Notes under the pieces: generated by a model | Database searches by the model: none | The model's input: only the letters and a program-made list of their open reading frames with translations | Told to the model about the DNA's origin: nothing | NCBI GenBank assembly: GCA_964643245.1 | Contig: CAZXSX010000001.1 | Span: forward strand, 6,288 to 52,662 | Direction: 5' to 3' | DNA: 46,375 bases | Source: an uncultured Polynucleobacter sp. | GTDB lineage: Bacteria > Pseudomonadota > Gammaproteobacteria > Burkholderiales > Burkholderiaceae | Made by a program: the position numbers and the translations under genes | Part shown: positions 1 through 11,313 of the stretch, one piece after another | How positions within the stretch are numbered: position 1 is the stretch's first letter | Layout of the letters: the number at the start of each line of letters is the position of its first letter

Positions 1-895
1 GGGGTATCGCTGCCACCCTGGCGGTACTTTTTGGCTTGGGTCTCATTTTTTGCATCCTCAGCCTGCTCATCGGGCTCCTGAAATACGAAATCCCGCTCAT
101 TCGAGCCCAAATTCCTACATGGATTGCCAATACGCAATCCTGGCTTGGACCAAAGCTGCATGATTTTCATATTCAATTTGATTGGAGCACTCTTAAGGTT
201 GATGCGATTCAGAAAATTACTGAACACCTTAATCAAAATGCCGACACATTAATGAGCTCCATATGGGACACAGTGCTGTCATCGGGCAGTTCAGTGATCA
301 CTGGATTTGTAAATACAATTCTCATTATTTTTGTGCTGTTTTATTTGTTAATCGACTGGAACCACTTCTTTAGTCTTCTGAAATCCGCCGTTCCGGTTCG
401 CGCCCAAGAAACTGCACATCATCTTATGATGCATGCCGATGGACTACTTTCGCAATACCCTCGCGGCATGCTGATTGTAATTTCGATAATGACAGCTTAT
501 TACAGCTTGGGATTAACATTGATTGGCATCAAAGGTGCAGTCGCTTTGGGCGTATTTACAGCCCTCATGATTGTGATTCCTTATGTTGGAATCGCGCTAG
601 GATTAAGCTTGGCTGTGATTTCGGCAATCTTGCAGTTTGGGCCGAGCTCCGAAGTCATTGGCGTGCTGGTTGTTTTTGGAATTGGTCAATTTTTAGAAGG
701 CTTTTCTTGACTCCCCGCCTAGTGGGGGAGCGCATTGGCTTGCATCCAGTAGTGGTGTTATTCGCTTTATTGTTATTTGGAAAATTATTTGGCTTTTTTG
801 GCGTACTTCTTGCGTTGCCGATTAGTGCAGTGAGTTTGGTTTTAGTAAAACATCTCTGGTCCGTACACACCCAAAGTTCTTGGTATCAAAAATAA
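1..895 (+). pseudogene. AI-2E (PerM-like) family membrane transporter, frameshifted; 5' end lies outside the window
   Basis: The hydrophobic frame is open from position 3. The family-type C-terminus 'GQFLEG..LTPRLVGERIGLHP' is split between ORFs 36..710 and 707..895 by one missing T in the T-run at 702-705 (GGC TTTT C TTG). It lies upstream of hda, as is typical. Confidence 0.85.
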
Positions 896-904
896 ATCGC
901 AGCA

Positions 905-1660
905 ATGAGTACACCTTCACTTCCAAGACAATTTGCGCTCGATATCAGTCATACACCCCAAGCAAGTCTTGAAAACTATTTACCTGGAAAAGATTTAGCA
1001 CTGATCTCGACACTGCAGTCACTAGTGCAGGCCTGGAAAAATTGCCCTGCAGACTTTGCAAACAATCCGCTCAATCATCGCTGGATGTATTGGTGGGGCT
1101 CCGAAGGGTCTGGTAAATCCCATTTACTCAATGCGATGGCACACGCCGCCGAGAGTTCTGGTCTTGAGCATTTCTCCCTTCGCCCAGACGAACCGATAAC
1201 TTGGGTGCGACTTGAGGAGCGCTTGCCGATCTTAAGTCAGAGTAACTCACCATCCGTTATTACCGTAGATGATGTTGAGCGTCTTGATGAACGTTTGGTT
1301 GGAGCGCTATTTCACATCCTAAATCAAGTTCAGACCAGCAAAAATGTTCATATTTTTATGACTGGTAAAGCAGCGCCCGCCCAACTCACACTCCGCGAAG
1401 ACCTCAGAACCCGCTTGGGCTGGGGCTTAATCTTTCAAACCCAATTGCTTGATGATAATGAGAAAATAGTGGCCTTAGAACAAGCGGCTAAAGCCAGAGG
1501 CTTAGTACTCTCACCTGAAGTATTGCCTTGGCTTATAAACCGTTTCTATCGTGATATGCCAAATTTAATGGCTTTGATTGATGCTTTGGATGCTTATTCA
1601 TTAGAAACAAAACGCGCTGTAACCTTACCCCTCGTTCGCGAGCTTCTGCAGCCAAAATAA
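905..1660 (+). CDS. hda: DnaA regulatory inactivator Hda
   Basis: N-terminal clamp-binding-like QFALD, Walker A GSEGSGKS, 'REDLRTRLGWG' and C-terminal 'LDAYSLETKRAVTLPLVRELL'. Confidence 0.93.
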   Translation: MSTPSLPRQFALDISHTPQASLENYLPGKDLALISTLQSLVQAWKNCPADFANNPLNHRWMYWWGSEGSGKSHLLNAMAHAAESSGLEHFSLRPDEPITWVRLEERLPILSQSNSPSVITVDDVERLDERLVGALFHILNQVQTSKNVHIFMTGKAAPAQLTLREDLRTRLGWGLIFQTQLLDDNEKIVALEQAAKARGLVLSPEVLPWLINRFYRDMPNLMALIDALDAYSLETKRAVTLPLVRELLQPK

Positions 1661-1678
1661 TTTACTGATCGTTCATCT

Positions 1679-2355
1679 GTGACTCAACTAGCCCTTTTCG
1701 ATTTAGACCACACCTTACTACCCTGCGATAGCGATTATGAGTGGGGTCAATTTTTAGCACGCATTGGGGTTGTAAATAGCCAATACTACGCGCGCCAAAA
1801 TGAACGCTTTTATCAAGACTATAAAGATGGCAAGTTTGATATTCACGAATTCCTGCGGTTTGCCTTAAAGCCACTTTCTGAGCATTCCCGTGCGCAACTC
1901 AAAGAATGGCACGATCAATTTATGGAAGAGGTCATCACAGGACAGCTTCGCCAAAAAGCGGTTGATTTAGTTAAACAACATCAAGACGCCGGTGATCTTT
2001 GTTGTGTAGTAGCTGCGACAAATAGCTTTGTTACGCGCCCCATCATTGAGCGTTTTGGTATTGAACACCTAATTGCCACTGAGCCCGCCACCAAAGGGGA
2101 TGTGCCATCCGCCCTATACACAGGCGAAGTTTCAGGAATTCCGAATTTTCGCGAAGGCAAAATTCAAAATTTGCATAACTGGTTAAGCAAACAGAATTTG
2201 AGTTTGGCTAACTTAGCAGTTATTTTTATTCAGACTCTATCAATGATTTACCCCTGCTTGAGCGGGTGAGTCATCCTGTTGCCACCAATCCAGACGACCG
2301 TCTTCGCAATGAAGCTCACAAACGAAACTGGCAAATTCTTGAGTTGTTTGCATGA
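1679..2355 (+). pseudogene. HAD-superfamily IB (SerB-like) hydrolase, frameshifted
   Basis: Motif I 'LFDLDHTLL' is in ORF 1679..2269. Motif IV '[26 protein letters not shown]' is in another frame from 2218 and ends at TGA 2353-2355, overlapping the pcnB ATG. The shift is at about 2216-2217. Confidence 0.88.
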
Positions 2356-3755
2356 TTACCAGACTGATTAAACGGATCTTACGGCGCGATCCAATGGATC
2401 GGCATACGCATGCAAACCATACTGGCACACCTAAACGGATCCCCAAAAAATCCCATCGCATTGACTCCCATTTGCTTTCAAAAAATGCTGTCAAAGTTAC
2501 TCAAACTTTGCAGCAAGCTGGATTTGAGGCCTTCATTGTGGGTGGCGCAGTACGCGATCTTGTCTTGAGCATTGCGCCGAAGGATTTTGACGTTGCCACA
2601 AACGCCACACCCGATCAAGTACAGCGACTGTTTCGTAAGGCGCGCCTGATTGGGCGTCGCTTTCAGATTGTGCATGTAACCTTCTTTGGCAAGGGGCGCC
2701 CCGAAATTATTGAGGTCTCGACCTTCCGAGCGTTACTGGATAACGCAGGCGATCACGTCGCTGAGAGTGGCCGCATTTTACGTGACAACGTCTGGGGATC
2801 ACAAGGCGAAGATGCTGCCCGACGTGACTTCACCATCAATGCGATGTACTACGATCCGTCAACCGAGACTATTCTGGACTATCACGGTGGCATGGTCGAT
2901 ATACAGAAGAAAACCTTGCGCATGATTGGGGATCCCGCAAAGCGTTATCGCGAAGATCCAGTCCGCATGCTAAGAGCAATTCGCTTTGCTGCTAAAACTG
3001 GCTTTACCTTAGATGCCGATACCCGTGCACCAATCGCCAAATTGGGCAAGCTATTGCAAGACGTGCCACCAGCCAGACTCTTTGATGGAATTCTGAAACT
3101 TTTAATGTCCGGTTATTCATGGTCAGCAATTCAAGGCCTAAAGGACGCTGGACTACATCATGGGTTACTTCCTTTGCTTGATCATATTCTCGATGACAAC
3201 GAGGCCTCAAAGGGGGCCAATGATTTTGTCAAATTGGCGCTGGCAAATACTGACCAACGGATTCGGTCTGGAAAGAGCATCTCTGCAGGATTTTTATTTG
3301 CAACGCTACTGTGGCCCGATCTGCTGAAAAATTGGCAAACCAATCTTGCAAAAGGAATGGCCAATATCCCAGCCCTTCAAGACGCCATGGACGAAACAAT
3401 TGCGACCCAAAGCAGCGGCATGACAATTCAGCGTCGCTTTGAGAGTGATATGCGTGAAATTTGGTCTATGCAGCCCCGCTTTGAAAAGCGGGTTGGTCGT
3501 TATCCGTACCGCCTAATTGAGTCGCCCCGTTTTAGGGCAAGCTATGACTTTATGCTACTTCGCTGTGCCACTGGAGAGCAAAATGCATCCTTCGGCGAAT
3601 GGTGGACTCACTTTATTGCGGCCGATCCTGCTGGCCAGGAAGCACTGTTGGCAAGCGCTAAAAGCGAATTGGGAAGTGTTGCCAGCAACCCCACGAGAAG
3701 ACGACGTCGCAGAAAACCCAAATCCCCTACCGCTCCAGAGCCCGCAGCGAGCTAA
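2352..3755 (+). CDS. pcnB: Poly(A) polymerase I
   Basis: '[16 protein letters not shown]', '[11 protein letters not shown]', 'RRDFTINA', 'EDPVRMLRA' and an Arg-rich C-terminal tail; followed by folK. Confidence 0.95.
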   Translation: MITRLIKRILRRDPMDRHTHANHTGTPKRIPKKSHRIDSHLLSKNAVKVTQTLQQAGFEAFIVGGAVRDLVLSIAPKDFDVATNATPDQVQRLFRKARLIGRRFQIVHVTFFGKGRPEIIEVSTFRALLDNAGDHVAESGRILRDNVWGSQGEDAARRDFTINAMYYDPSTETILDYHGGMVDIQKKTLRMIGDPAKRYREDPVRMLRAIRFAAKTGFTLDADTRAPIAKLGKLLQDVPPARLFDGILKLLMSGYSWSAIQGLKDAGLHHGLLPLLDHILDDNEASKGANDFVKLALANTDQRIRSGKSISAGFLFATLLWPDLLKNWQTNLAKGMANIPALQDAMDETIATQSSGMTIQRRFESDMREIWSMQPRFEKRVGRYPYRLIESPRFRASYDFMLLRCATGEQNASFGEWWTHFIAADPAGQEALLASAKSELGSVASNPTRRRRRRKPKSPTAPEPAAS

Positions 3756-3807
3756 GCAAGCTTCGAAAATTTTCGGTAAAGTAATTCCATCTCTAGTTTG
3801 GAAGCAT

Positions 3808-4323
3808 ATGGCACGAGCATTTATTGGATTTGGTGGAAACATTGGCGACACTCGTCAGCTGATAACTGACGCCATAGTCTGCTTAGCTCAGCGCTCCGAA
3901 TTACACATCGTTGCAAAAAGTTGCTTCTATCAAAGCGCGCCAGTTGAAGCGCTCGGCGGCGATTATATCAACGCGGTTATTGAAATCGAAACTCAATTAA
4001 CACCCTATGGTCTTTTGCATGTCTGTCAAGCGATTGAGCAAGAATTTGGCAGAGAGCGCCCTTATGCAAACGCTCCCCGCACCCTCGATCTCGACATTTT
4101 GTCTTATGAGGGCGTCACGCAAAGCGAAACCAAGCTCATCCTACCCCACCCCAAAATCATTGAGCGCTCATTTGTTTTGCTTCCTCTACTAGAAATTGCC
4201 CCTGACTTCTTCCTGCCAAATTTTGGTGAACTCAAGGCTTATCTCCCCAAAGTAGCCCATCAACGTATTGAAAAACTCCCTTGCCGCAACTGTGATTGCG
4301 GGGGAAATGAGGTTTATAGCTAA
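3808..4323 (+). CDS. folK: 2-amino-4-hydroxy-6-hydroxymethyldihydropteridine diphosphokinase
   Basis: 'AFIGFGGNIG', 'PRTLDLDIL', 'LPHP', 'RSFVLLPL'. The start is placed at ATG 3808 because the longer ORF start overlaps pcnB. Confidence 0.93.
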   Translation: MARAFIGFGGNIGDTRQLITDAIVCLAQRSELHIVAKSCFYQSAPVEALGGDYINAVIEIETQLTPYGLLHVCQAIEQEFGRERPYANAPRTLDLDILSYEGVTQSETKLILPHPKIIERSFVLLPLLEIAPDFFLPNFGELKAYLPKVAHQRIEKLPCRNCDCGGNEVYS

Positions 4324-4352
4324 AGGGCGCATTAATTCATTAAACTCTCGCC

Positions 4353-5168
4353 ATGGGTTACTTACAGGGCGACAAGCCAATCACAATTACTAAGCTCCTC
4401 GCCATGCATGCCGAAGGTGAAAAAATTTCGATGCTAACGGCATACGATTCAACCATGTCTGCACTTCTAAATCGTGCTGGCGTTGAAACGATCTTGATTG
4501 GCGACTCATTAGGCAATGTAATTCAAGGCCATACCAGCACCATACCTGTGACTGTCGAACAAGTGGCATATCACACTGAATGTGTTGCTCGCGCTAACAC
4601 TCACGCTTTCTTAATTGCCGATTTGCCGTTTGCAAGTTATGGTGATCCAGTACAAGCATTAGATTCTGCAGCGACGCTCATGCGTGCCAGCGCAGATATG
4701 GTCAAACTTGAGGGTGGTAATTGGCAAGTAGACATCATTCGCTATTTGGTTGAACGCAGCGTTCCCGTTTGTGCTCACCTGGGCCTACTTCCGCAATCCG
4801 TTCATGTTTTAGGTGGCTACAAAGTACAAGGTAAGTCTAAAGATGCAGCAACGCACATGCTCGAACAAGCACTTGCATGCCAAGAAGCTGGCGCACAAAT
4901 GCTGGTACTTGAAGCGATCCCTTCTTCGTTAGGTGAAAAAATTACTGCAGAGTTGCAGATTCCCACTATCGGCATTGGGGCGGGCCCTGAATGCTCGGGT
5001 CAAGTATTGGTTCTGCAAGATATGTTGGGCATTAGCCCAGGTAGACCCCCCAAGTTCGTGAAGAACTTTATGGAAGGTCACCAGTCGATTGAATCCGCAG
5101 TCAAAGCCTATGTTCGCGAAGTGAAATCCGGCAAGTTTCCCGGGCCTGAACACGGCTTCGCGGGCTGA
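4353..5168 (+). CDS. panB: 3-methyl-2-oxobutanoate hydroxymethyltransferase
   Basis: 'MLTAYD', 'LIGDSLG', 'VKLEGG', '[10 protein letters not shown]', 'IPTIGIGAG'. Confidence 0.96.
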   Translation: MGYLQGDKPITITKLLAMHAEGEKISMLTAYDSTMSALLNRAGVETILIGDSLGNVIQGHTSTIPVTVEQVAYHTECVARANTHAFLIADLPFASYGDPVQALDSAATLMRASADMVKLEGGNWQVDIIRYLVERSVPVCAHLGLLPQSVHVLGGYKVQGKSKDAATHMLEQALACQEAGAQMLVLEAIPSSLGEKITAELQIPTIGIGAGPECSGQVLVLQDMLGISPGRPPKFVKNFMEGHQSIESAVKAYVREVKSGKFPGPEHGFAG

Positions 5169-5181
5169 TCTACGCTAATTT

Positions 5182-6312
5182 TTAACTAAAGAAACTTTTC
5201 ACACCCTCAAACCAGCCTTTTTGTTGCGGGCTGTGTTTATCACCTGCCGATTTCAGGCTGTCATCAAAATTCTGCAGTAATTGCTTCTGTTCATCGGTTA
5301 ACTTCACCGGCGTTTCAACAATGACATGAACAAACAGATCGCCTACTAACGTTGAGCGCAACCCTTTAATGCCCTTATTGCGTAAACGGAAGGTTTTTCC
5401 AGTTTGCGTTCCCTCTGGAATAGCGAGCTCTACCCAACCTGAGAGCGTAGGCACTTCGATCTCACCACCAATAGCGGCTGTTACAAACGAGATGGGTAAT
5501 TGCACATGCAAGTCACTACCATCACGCTCAAATACTTTGTGTGGCTTTATACGTACTTCTACATAGAGATCGCCAGAGGGTCCACCATTAATTCCAGGCT
5601 CGCCATTACCGACTGAGCGCACGCGCATACCATCATCAATGCCCGCAGGGATTTTGATCTCAAGCGTTTTTTGCTCTTTATGTTTACCAGTACCATGACA
5701 AGTCTTGCAGGGTTTTGGAATGTATTCACCGGTACCGCGGCACTTCGGACACGTCTGCTGCATGGAGAAGAAACCTTGTTGCACACGCACCTGACCATGA
5801 CCATCGCAGGTTGAGCACTTTTCAGCCTTTGAGCCCGGTTCTGCGCCAGTGCTATGACAAGGCTTACAGTCGCTCCAGCTCGGCACCCGAATTTGCGTCG
5901 TATAACCCTCAGCCGCTTGCTCAAGCGTAATATCCATGTTGTAGCGCAGATCGGCACCTTTATAGATTTGTGGCCCAGAGTGTCGGCCACCTTGGCCAAA
6001 AATATCGCCAAAGATGTCGCCAAAAGCATCAGCAAATCCACCGCCACCAAAACCTCCACCGAAGCCACCGCCCATGGAAGGGTCAACTCCAGCATGGCCA
6101 TATTGGTCATACGCAGCGCGTTTATTAGGATCGCTGAGAGTTTCGTAAGCTTCTTTTGCTTCCTTAAATTGAGCTTCCGCCGTTTTACTATCAGGATTGC
6201 GATCGGGGTGATACTTCATTGCCAACTTACGATAGGCTTTTTTCAGCTCATCATCACTGGCACCTTTTGCTACCCCAAGCACTTCATAAAAATCGCGTTT
6301 ACTTTTAGGCAC
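5182..6312 (-). CDS. dnaJ: Chaperone DnaJ
   Basis: J-domain with HPD, G/F-rich region and four CxxCxGxG-type repeats; GTG start with SD AAAGGA. Confidence 0.97.
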   Translation of the reverse strand: MPKSKRDFYEVLGVAKGASDDELKKAYRKLAMKYHPDRNPDSKTAEAQFKEAKEAYETLSDPNKRAAYDQYGHAGVDPSMGGGFGGGFGGGGFADAFGDIFGDIFGQGGRHSGPQIYKGADLRYNMDITLEQAAEGYTTQIRVPSWSDCKPCHSTGAEPGSKAEKCSTCDGHGQVRVQQGFFSMQQTCPKCRGTGEYIPKPCKTCHGTGKHKEQKTLEIKIPAGIDDGMRVRSVGNGEPGINGGPSGDLYVEVRIKPHKVFERDGSDLHVQLPISFVTAAIGGEIEVPTLSGWVELAIPEGTQTGKTFRLRNKGIKGLRSTLVGDLFVHVIVETPVKLTDEQKQLLQNFDDSLKSAGDKHSPQQKGWFEGVKSFFS

Positions 6313-6332
6313 GGCCTATTCCTTTCAACAAC

Positions 6333-6375
6333 TTCAATGGCACAGGTCGGCACATGGCCGACTTGTGCCATTGAA
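6333..6375. repeat. 19-bp inverted repeat (one mismatch, 5-nt loop) between dnaK and dnaJ
   Basis: TTCAATGGCACAGGTCGGC-ACATG-GCCGACTTGTGCCATTGAA. Confidence 0.9.
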
Positions 6376-6415
6376 CAACTTTAAAAACGATGTTAACAAA
6401 TAATTGAATTCAGAA

Positions 6416-8347
6416 TTACTTCTTATCATCAACTTCTTTAAAGTCTGCATCCACGACGTCAGCATCTGGGGCAGCTTTTTGCTCTCCGCCAGGGGGCGCA
6501 CCAGCAGCTGCGCCAGCTTTGGCTTGTTCAGCAGCCATCACTTTTTCGCCTAGCTTCTGGCTTACTTTGCCCAAAGCTTCGGTTTTGGCTTCAATGGCAA
6601 CCTTGTCGCTGCCCTTGATGGCTTCATCCAACTCTTTAAGGGCCGCTTCAATTGCTTCTTTCTCAGAAGCCTCAAGGCTAGCACCATGCTCTTCCAAAGC
6701 TTTCTTGGTTGAGTGAGCCAAGGCATCCGCTGTATTTCGAGCCGTTACCAGCTCCAATGCTTTCTTATCTTCAGCAGCATTCGCTTCAGCGTCCTTCACC
6801 ATCCGTTGAATTTCTTCTTCAGTCAAACCGGAGTTTGCCTTGATGGTGATCTTGTTCTCTTTACCTGTATTTTTGTCTTTTGCTGTGACATGCAAAATAC
6901 CATTAGCATCGATATCAAAGGTCACTTCAATTTGTGGCAATCCACGTGGTGCTGGAGCGATACCTTCGAGGTTAAATTCACCAAGCAATTTATTCGCAGC
7001 AGCCATCTCCCGCTCACCTTGGAAGCACTTGATGGTTACGGCAGGCTGGTTATCTTCCGCAGTAGAGTAAACTTGTGAATGCTTGGTCGGAATCGTGGTG
7101 TTCTTAAGGATCATCTTGGTCATCACTCCGCCAAGGGTTTCAATACCCAATGACAAGGGGGTTACGTCCAAAAGTAATACGTCTTTACGATCGCCAGACA
7201 ATACAGATCCCTGAATTGCTGCACCTACAGCAACTGCCTCATCCGGATTGACGTCTTTGCGTAGCTCTTTACCAAAGATCTCTTTGACCTTCTCCTGAAC
7301 TGCGGGCATACGAGTTTGACCGCCGACCAAAATCACATCATCAATATCTGAAACATTTACGCCTGCATCTTTGATTGCAGTTAAGCAAGGGCCAGCAGTA
7401 CGGTTAATCAATTCCTCAACCAAAGATTCCAATTTGGCACGAGTCAGCTTCAAGTTCAAATGCTTAGGGCCGCTGGCATCAGCAGTGACATAAGGCAAGT
7501 TGATTTCAGTTTGCTGCGCAGAAGATAGTTCGATCTTCGCTTTTTCAGCAGCATCTTTTAGACGTTGTAATGCCAATACATCCTTGCTCAAATCAACGCC
7601 TTGCTCTTTCTTGAACTCAGAAATAATCCAATCAATGATGCGCTGGTCAAAGTCTTCACCACCCAAGAAACTATCACCATTGGTAGACAACACTTCGAAT
7701 TGCTTCTCGCCATCGACATTGGCAATCTCAATAATAGAGACGTCGAATGTACCGCCGCCCAAGTCATAAACAGCGATCTTGCGATCCGCTTTGTCTTGTT
7801 TATCCAAGCCGAACGCTAATGCAGCCGCTGTTGGCTCGTTGATAATGCGCTTTACATCCAAACCAGCAATACGACCAGCATCCTTGGTAGCCTGACGTTG
7901 GCTATCATTAAAGTATGCAGGAACGGTAATCACCGCCTCGGTAACTTCTTCGCCGAGATAATCTTCGGCAGTCTTTTTCATCTTGCGCAAGATTTCAGCA
8001 GACACTTGTGGGGGTGCCATTTTCTTATCGCGCGCTTCTACCCAAGCGTCGCCGTTATCAGCTTTGATAATGGCATAAGGCATCAATGTGATGTCTTTTT
8101 GCACTTCTGGATCTTCAAACTTACGACCCATCAAACGCTTTACAGCATAAATCGTGTTTTTAGGATTAGTAACTGACTGACGTTTTGCCGGTGCACCAAC
8201 TAAAACCTCGCCGTCCTCAACATACGCAATGATGGAGGGAGTGGTGCGAGCACCTTCTGCATTCTCAATGACTTTCGGTACATCGCTTTCTACGACTGAA
8301 ACACAAGAATTCGTTGTTCCTAAGTCGATTCCAATAATCTTTCCCAT
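6416..8347 (-). CDS. dnaK: Chaperone DnaK (Hsp70)
   Basis: '[11 protein letters not shown]', '[11 protein letters not shown]', 'ILVGGQTR' and C-terminal '[10 protein letters not shown]'. Confidence 0.98.
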   Translation of the reverse strand: MGKIIGIDLGTTNSCVSVVESDVPKVIENAEGARTTPSIIAYVEDGEVLVGAPAKRQSVTNPKNTIYAVKRLMGRKFEDPEVQKDITLMPYAIIKADNGDAWVEARDKKMAPPQVSAEILRKMKKTAEDYLGEEVTEAVITVPAYFNDSQRQATKDAGRIAGLDVKRIINEPTAAALAFGLDKQDKADRKIAVYDLGGGTFDVSIIEIANVDGEKQFEVLSTNGDSFLGGEDFDQRIIDWIISEFKKEQGVDLSKDVLALQRLKDAAEKAKIELSSAQQTEINLPYVTADASGPKHLNLKLTRAKLESLVEELINRTAGPCLTAIKDAGVNVSDIDDVILVGGQTRMPAVQEKVKEIFGKELRKDVNPDEAVAVGAAIQGSVLSGDRKDVLLLDVTPLSLGIETLGGVMTKMILKNTTIPTKHSQVYSTAEDNQPAVTIKCFQGEREMAAANKLLGEFNLEGIAPAPRGLPQIEVTFDIDANGILHVTAKDKNTGKENKITIKANSGLTEEEIQRMVKDAEANAAEDKKALELVTARNTADALAHSTKKALEEHGASLEASEKEAIEAALKELDEAIKGSDKVAIEAKTEALGKVSQKLGEKVMAAEQAKAGAAAGAPPGGEQKAAPDADVVDADFKEVDDKK

Positions 8348-8467
8348 AATGACTCCAAAAAATTAAATTACTTTGTTGTACTGCTAATCTTTTTACTTCT
8401 CTGTTGCTAAGTTGGTAAGCGGTATCGAAGACTCAACAGAGTCGCCTTGGATATGCCAATACCTAAC

Positions 8468-8495
8468 AAATGGGGTTTAAATAGGGAAATTCAAG
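8468..8495 (-). promoter_or_regulatory. Sigma-32 (RpoH) promoter of dnaK-dnaJ
   Basis: The minus strand reads CTTGAA-N14-CCCCATTT, matching the proteobacterial sigma-32 consensus, about 120 nt upstream of the dnaK ATG. Confidence 0.88.
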
Positions 8496-8506
8496 GGGGA
8501 AAATAC

Positions 8507-8531
8507 AAAAAAGGCAGAAAACTGCTTTTTT
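8507..8531 (-). terminator. Probable intrinsic terminator after grpE
   Basis: AAAAAAGGCAG-AAAA-CTGCTTTTTT: a short GC stem flanked by A/T runs, 36 nt after the grpE stop. Confidence 0.55.
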
Positions 8532-8567
8532 AGTCCTTTTTTGGGGCTTTTAACCCGATTTACGAGC

Positions 8568-9116
8568 CTATTTTGGCGCACTAACAGTAACGAGGGCGGG
8601 TCGAAGCACCCGATCCGCAACGGTATAACCGCGCTGCAGTACCGAAACCACAGTATTAGACTCCTGCTCAGATGGCACCGAAGCTATTGCCTGATGATGG
8701 TGCGGATCAAATTTATCACCCACCGCAGGATTGATTTCAGTCATACGACCTTTTTCAAAAGCAGACAGCAGTTGCTTTAAGGTAATTTCTAAGCCCTCTT
8801 TGAATGCTTTAGCATCCCCAGCGTCTGTACTCAATGCCGCATAAAGACTGTCCGTTACAGGAACGAGATGCTCAGCAAAACTTTCAATAGCAAATTTATG
8901 CGCTTTTGCGATATCTTCAACTGCGCGACGGCGAATATTTTCGCCTTCGGCCTTTGCGCGCAAAAAATTATCTTGTAAGTCAGACACTTTCTGAGTCAAT
9001 TCAGCAATTTCCTGTTCGGGAGTCTTTACAGCCGTTGTTTCAGTTGCTGCATCCGCTACTGGCTCAGCAGCAGAATTCTCTTGTTCGGGGGATGAGTTTT
9101 GATTTTCTTGTGTCAT
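8568..9116 (-). CDS. grpE: Nucleotide exchange factor GrpE
   Basis: '[13 protein letters not shown]', 'FDPHHHQAI', '[15 protein letters not shown]'. Confidence 0.96.
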   Translation of the reverse strand: MTQENQNSSPEQENSAAEPVADAATETTAVKTPEQEIAELTQKVSDLQDNFLRAKAEGENIRRRAVEDIAKAHKFAIESFAEHLVPVTDSLYAALSTDAGDAKAFKEGLEITLKQLLSAFEKGRMTEINPAVGDKFDPHHHQAIASVPSEQESNTVVSVLQRGYTVADRVLRPALVTVSAPK

Positions 9117-9159
9117 AGACAGTAATTCACTTTTCGATAATTAAGGCAATTGCTTTGAT

Positions 9160-9187
9160 AAGTGGGGTCAGTTTAGTCAATTTCAAG
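9160..9187 (-). promoter_or_regulatory. Sigma-32 promoter of grpE, overlapping the hemH stop codon
   Basis: The minus strand reads CTTGAA-N14-CCCCACTT, the same spacing as the dnaK promoter. Confidence 0.8.
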
Positions 9188-10274
9188 ACTTCCCTTTTAC
9201 TAGCTCAGCCCGCTCATTACGTTTAGCAAGATCCTCCGATGATTCCGTACCCAAAGGCCATCCTAATAAATGCTGATAGGCAATATCGCTCAAAGCTTCA
9301 ATCCACTTAGGATTGCTGTTAAGGCAGGGGATATAGCGATAGTCTTTACCGCCCTTTTCTAAAAAGGATTCTCTAGCTTCCATGGCTATTTCTTCCAAAG
9401 TTTCCAGGCAATCTGCCGGAAAGCCAGGACAAAAAATATCTATCCGTTGACAACCCTCTTTTGCTAATTTTTCAATGGTTGGTGCTGTATAGGGCTTTAA
9501 CCACTCTGCCTTACCGAAGCGAGATTGAAAGGTCACCATGTATTGGTCAGGCTCTAGACCAAGCGCCTCGCCTAGTAAGCGGCCTGTTTTTAGACACTCG
9601 CAATGGTATGGATCGCCCTTCCATAAATTGCGTTTGGGCAAGCCATGAAAGGACATGACAAAGCGATCCCCTTTGGCAAAATCTGGATATCCATCCTTAT
9701 CCCAATAACTCAATACTTGATCACGTAATGCTGCAATGTAGGCAGGATTGTCGTGATAGTGCTTCACCAAACGCAACTCAGGCTGGTCGCGCCATGAGCT
9801 CAAAACACGGAATACCTCATCAAAACTGGAAGCGGTCGTTGTAGCTGAATACTGAGGATATAAGGGCAAGAGCAATAAACGCTCCATGCCTTCCGCCCTC
9901 AAAGCCTCCAGTACTTCCTGGGTTGAAGGCTTCCCATAGCGCATTGCCAAATCCACCAAAACGACATACCCTTCGTTGGCAAATTTTTGCCTCAGTTCTT
10001 TTGCTTGCAAGCGTGAATAGTGCATGAGAGGCAAGCCAAGTTGTGGCAACCAAATTGACGCATATTTTTTAGCGGATGCACCACTACGAATTGGCAAAAT
10101 AATGCCGTTCAAAATAAACCACCAAATAAAACGCGGAATTTCAACAACGCGAGGGTCAGACAGAAATTCTTTTAAATATGCTCGTACTGCTTTTGCTGTG
10201 GGCGCAGAAGGTGTACCCAAATTTAACAACAACACGGCTGTTTTAGAAGCGCGTAAATGTGGATTGGAATTCAA
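9183..10274 (-). CDS. hemH: Ferrochelatase
   Basis: 'LLLNLGTP', 'LPLYPQYSATT', 'SFHGLP', 'FQSRFG', 'ADCLETLEEI'; TTG start. Confidence 0.96.
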   Translation of the reverse strand: MNSNPHLRASKTAVLLLNLGTPSAPTAKAVRAYLKEFLSDPRVVEIPRFIWWFILNGIILPIRSGASAKKYASIWLPQLGLPLMHYSRLQAKELRQKFANEGYVVLVDLAMRYGKPSTQEVLEALRAEGMERLLLLPLYPQYSATTTASSFDEVFRVLSSWRDQPELRLVKHYHDNPAYIAALRDQVLSYWDKDGYPDFAKGDRFVMSFHGLPKRNLWKGDPYHCECLKTGRLLGEALGLEPDQYMVTFQSRFGKAEWLKPYTAPTIEKLAKEGCQRIDIFCPGFPADCLETLEEIAMEARESFLEKGGKDYRYIPCLNSNPKWIEALSDIAYQHLLGWPLGTESSEDLAKRNERAELVKGKS

Positions 10275-10299
10275 AATAAGATATCTCTATTAATGATGA

Positions 10300-11313
10300 T
10301 TATGAACTGAGCGCGCCCGACAACAGTTTAGAGGTAATGTCGACAATCGGAATGACACGATCATAGGCCATGCGAGTTGGACCAATAACGCCCAAGGTGA
10401 CAACGACTTGGCCATCAACGCTATAGGGAGCGCTAATCACCGCCAAATCTTCATAAGGCAAGAGATCACTTTCTCCACCAACAAAAATTTAGATGCCATC
10501 GGCATGACTAGAAACATTTAGCAATTGCATTAGCACCGATTTTTGCTCGAGGAGATCAAACATTTTGCGAAGTTTGTCAAGATTCGAGCTAAGGTCGCCA
10601 ACATTTATTTAGTAAGCGGCGCTCTCCAGATAACACCATATCACCACCACTGAGGTCGTAATCGGCTACACCACTTTGCAACGCCAAGGCTATTAATCCA
10701 GAAATATCAGCTCGCAAGCTGTCTAAGTCAGATTTGAGATGCATGCGTACCTGCTCAAAACTTTTTCCAGCAAATTGTGTATTGATGTAATTGCCAGCCT
10801 CAATCAATTGACTCGGAATGTAGTCTTGATTGGTGGGCAAAATGCGATTTTGCACATCGTCCTCAGGAATCACCATGATGAGCAAAATCTTGCCCTCGCC
10901 TAGACGAAGAAACTCAATGTGCTTAAAAACTTGAGCGCGCTTAGGCGCATTACAACACCCGCAAAATGGGTGAGATTGGACAAAATTTGTGCGGCTGAAT
11001 TCAGCACCCGTTGTGGTGAATCGGGTAATAGCCCCTTTTCAACTTCCCGAGCCGCAATTTCTTCTAATGGGCGTACGGTGACCATAGTGTCCACAAAGAG
11101 GCGATAGCCTCTGGGAGTGGGAATTCGACCCGCAGAGGTGTGGGGGCTGGTAACCAACCCCATATCCTCTAAATCAGCCATCACGTTCCGAATAGTGGCC
11201 GCAGAGAGATCTAAACCAGAAAATCGAGATAAAGTGCGTGAACCAATAGGCTGCCCCTCCTCGATATAGCGCTCGATGAGGGTTTTTAGTAAGGCGCGGG
11301 AACGTTCATCCAT
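10300..11313 (-). pseudogene. hrcA: Heat-inducible transcription repressor HrcA, three lesions
   Basis: N-terminal '[23 protein letters not shown]' and C-terminal '[11 protein letters not shown]' are present. Lesions: 1-nt deletion at 10947/10948, 4-bp tandem duplication at 10603-10610, in-frame TAA at 10489-10491. The repaired frame is about 336 codons. Confidence 0.93.

Noticed and set aside
3517-3807. N-terminal extension of FolK in the ORF track
   Set aside because: It overlaps the pcnB 3' end in another frame, and HPPK similarity begins at Met 3808.
8375-8412. TTAGCA half-sites in the dnaK leader as a CIRCE element
   Set aside because: They are direct, not inverted, and lack the TTAGCACTC-N9-GAGTGCTAA layout.
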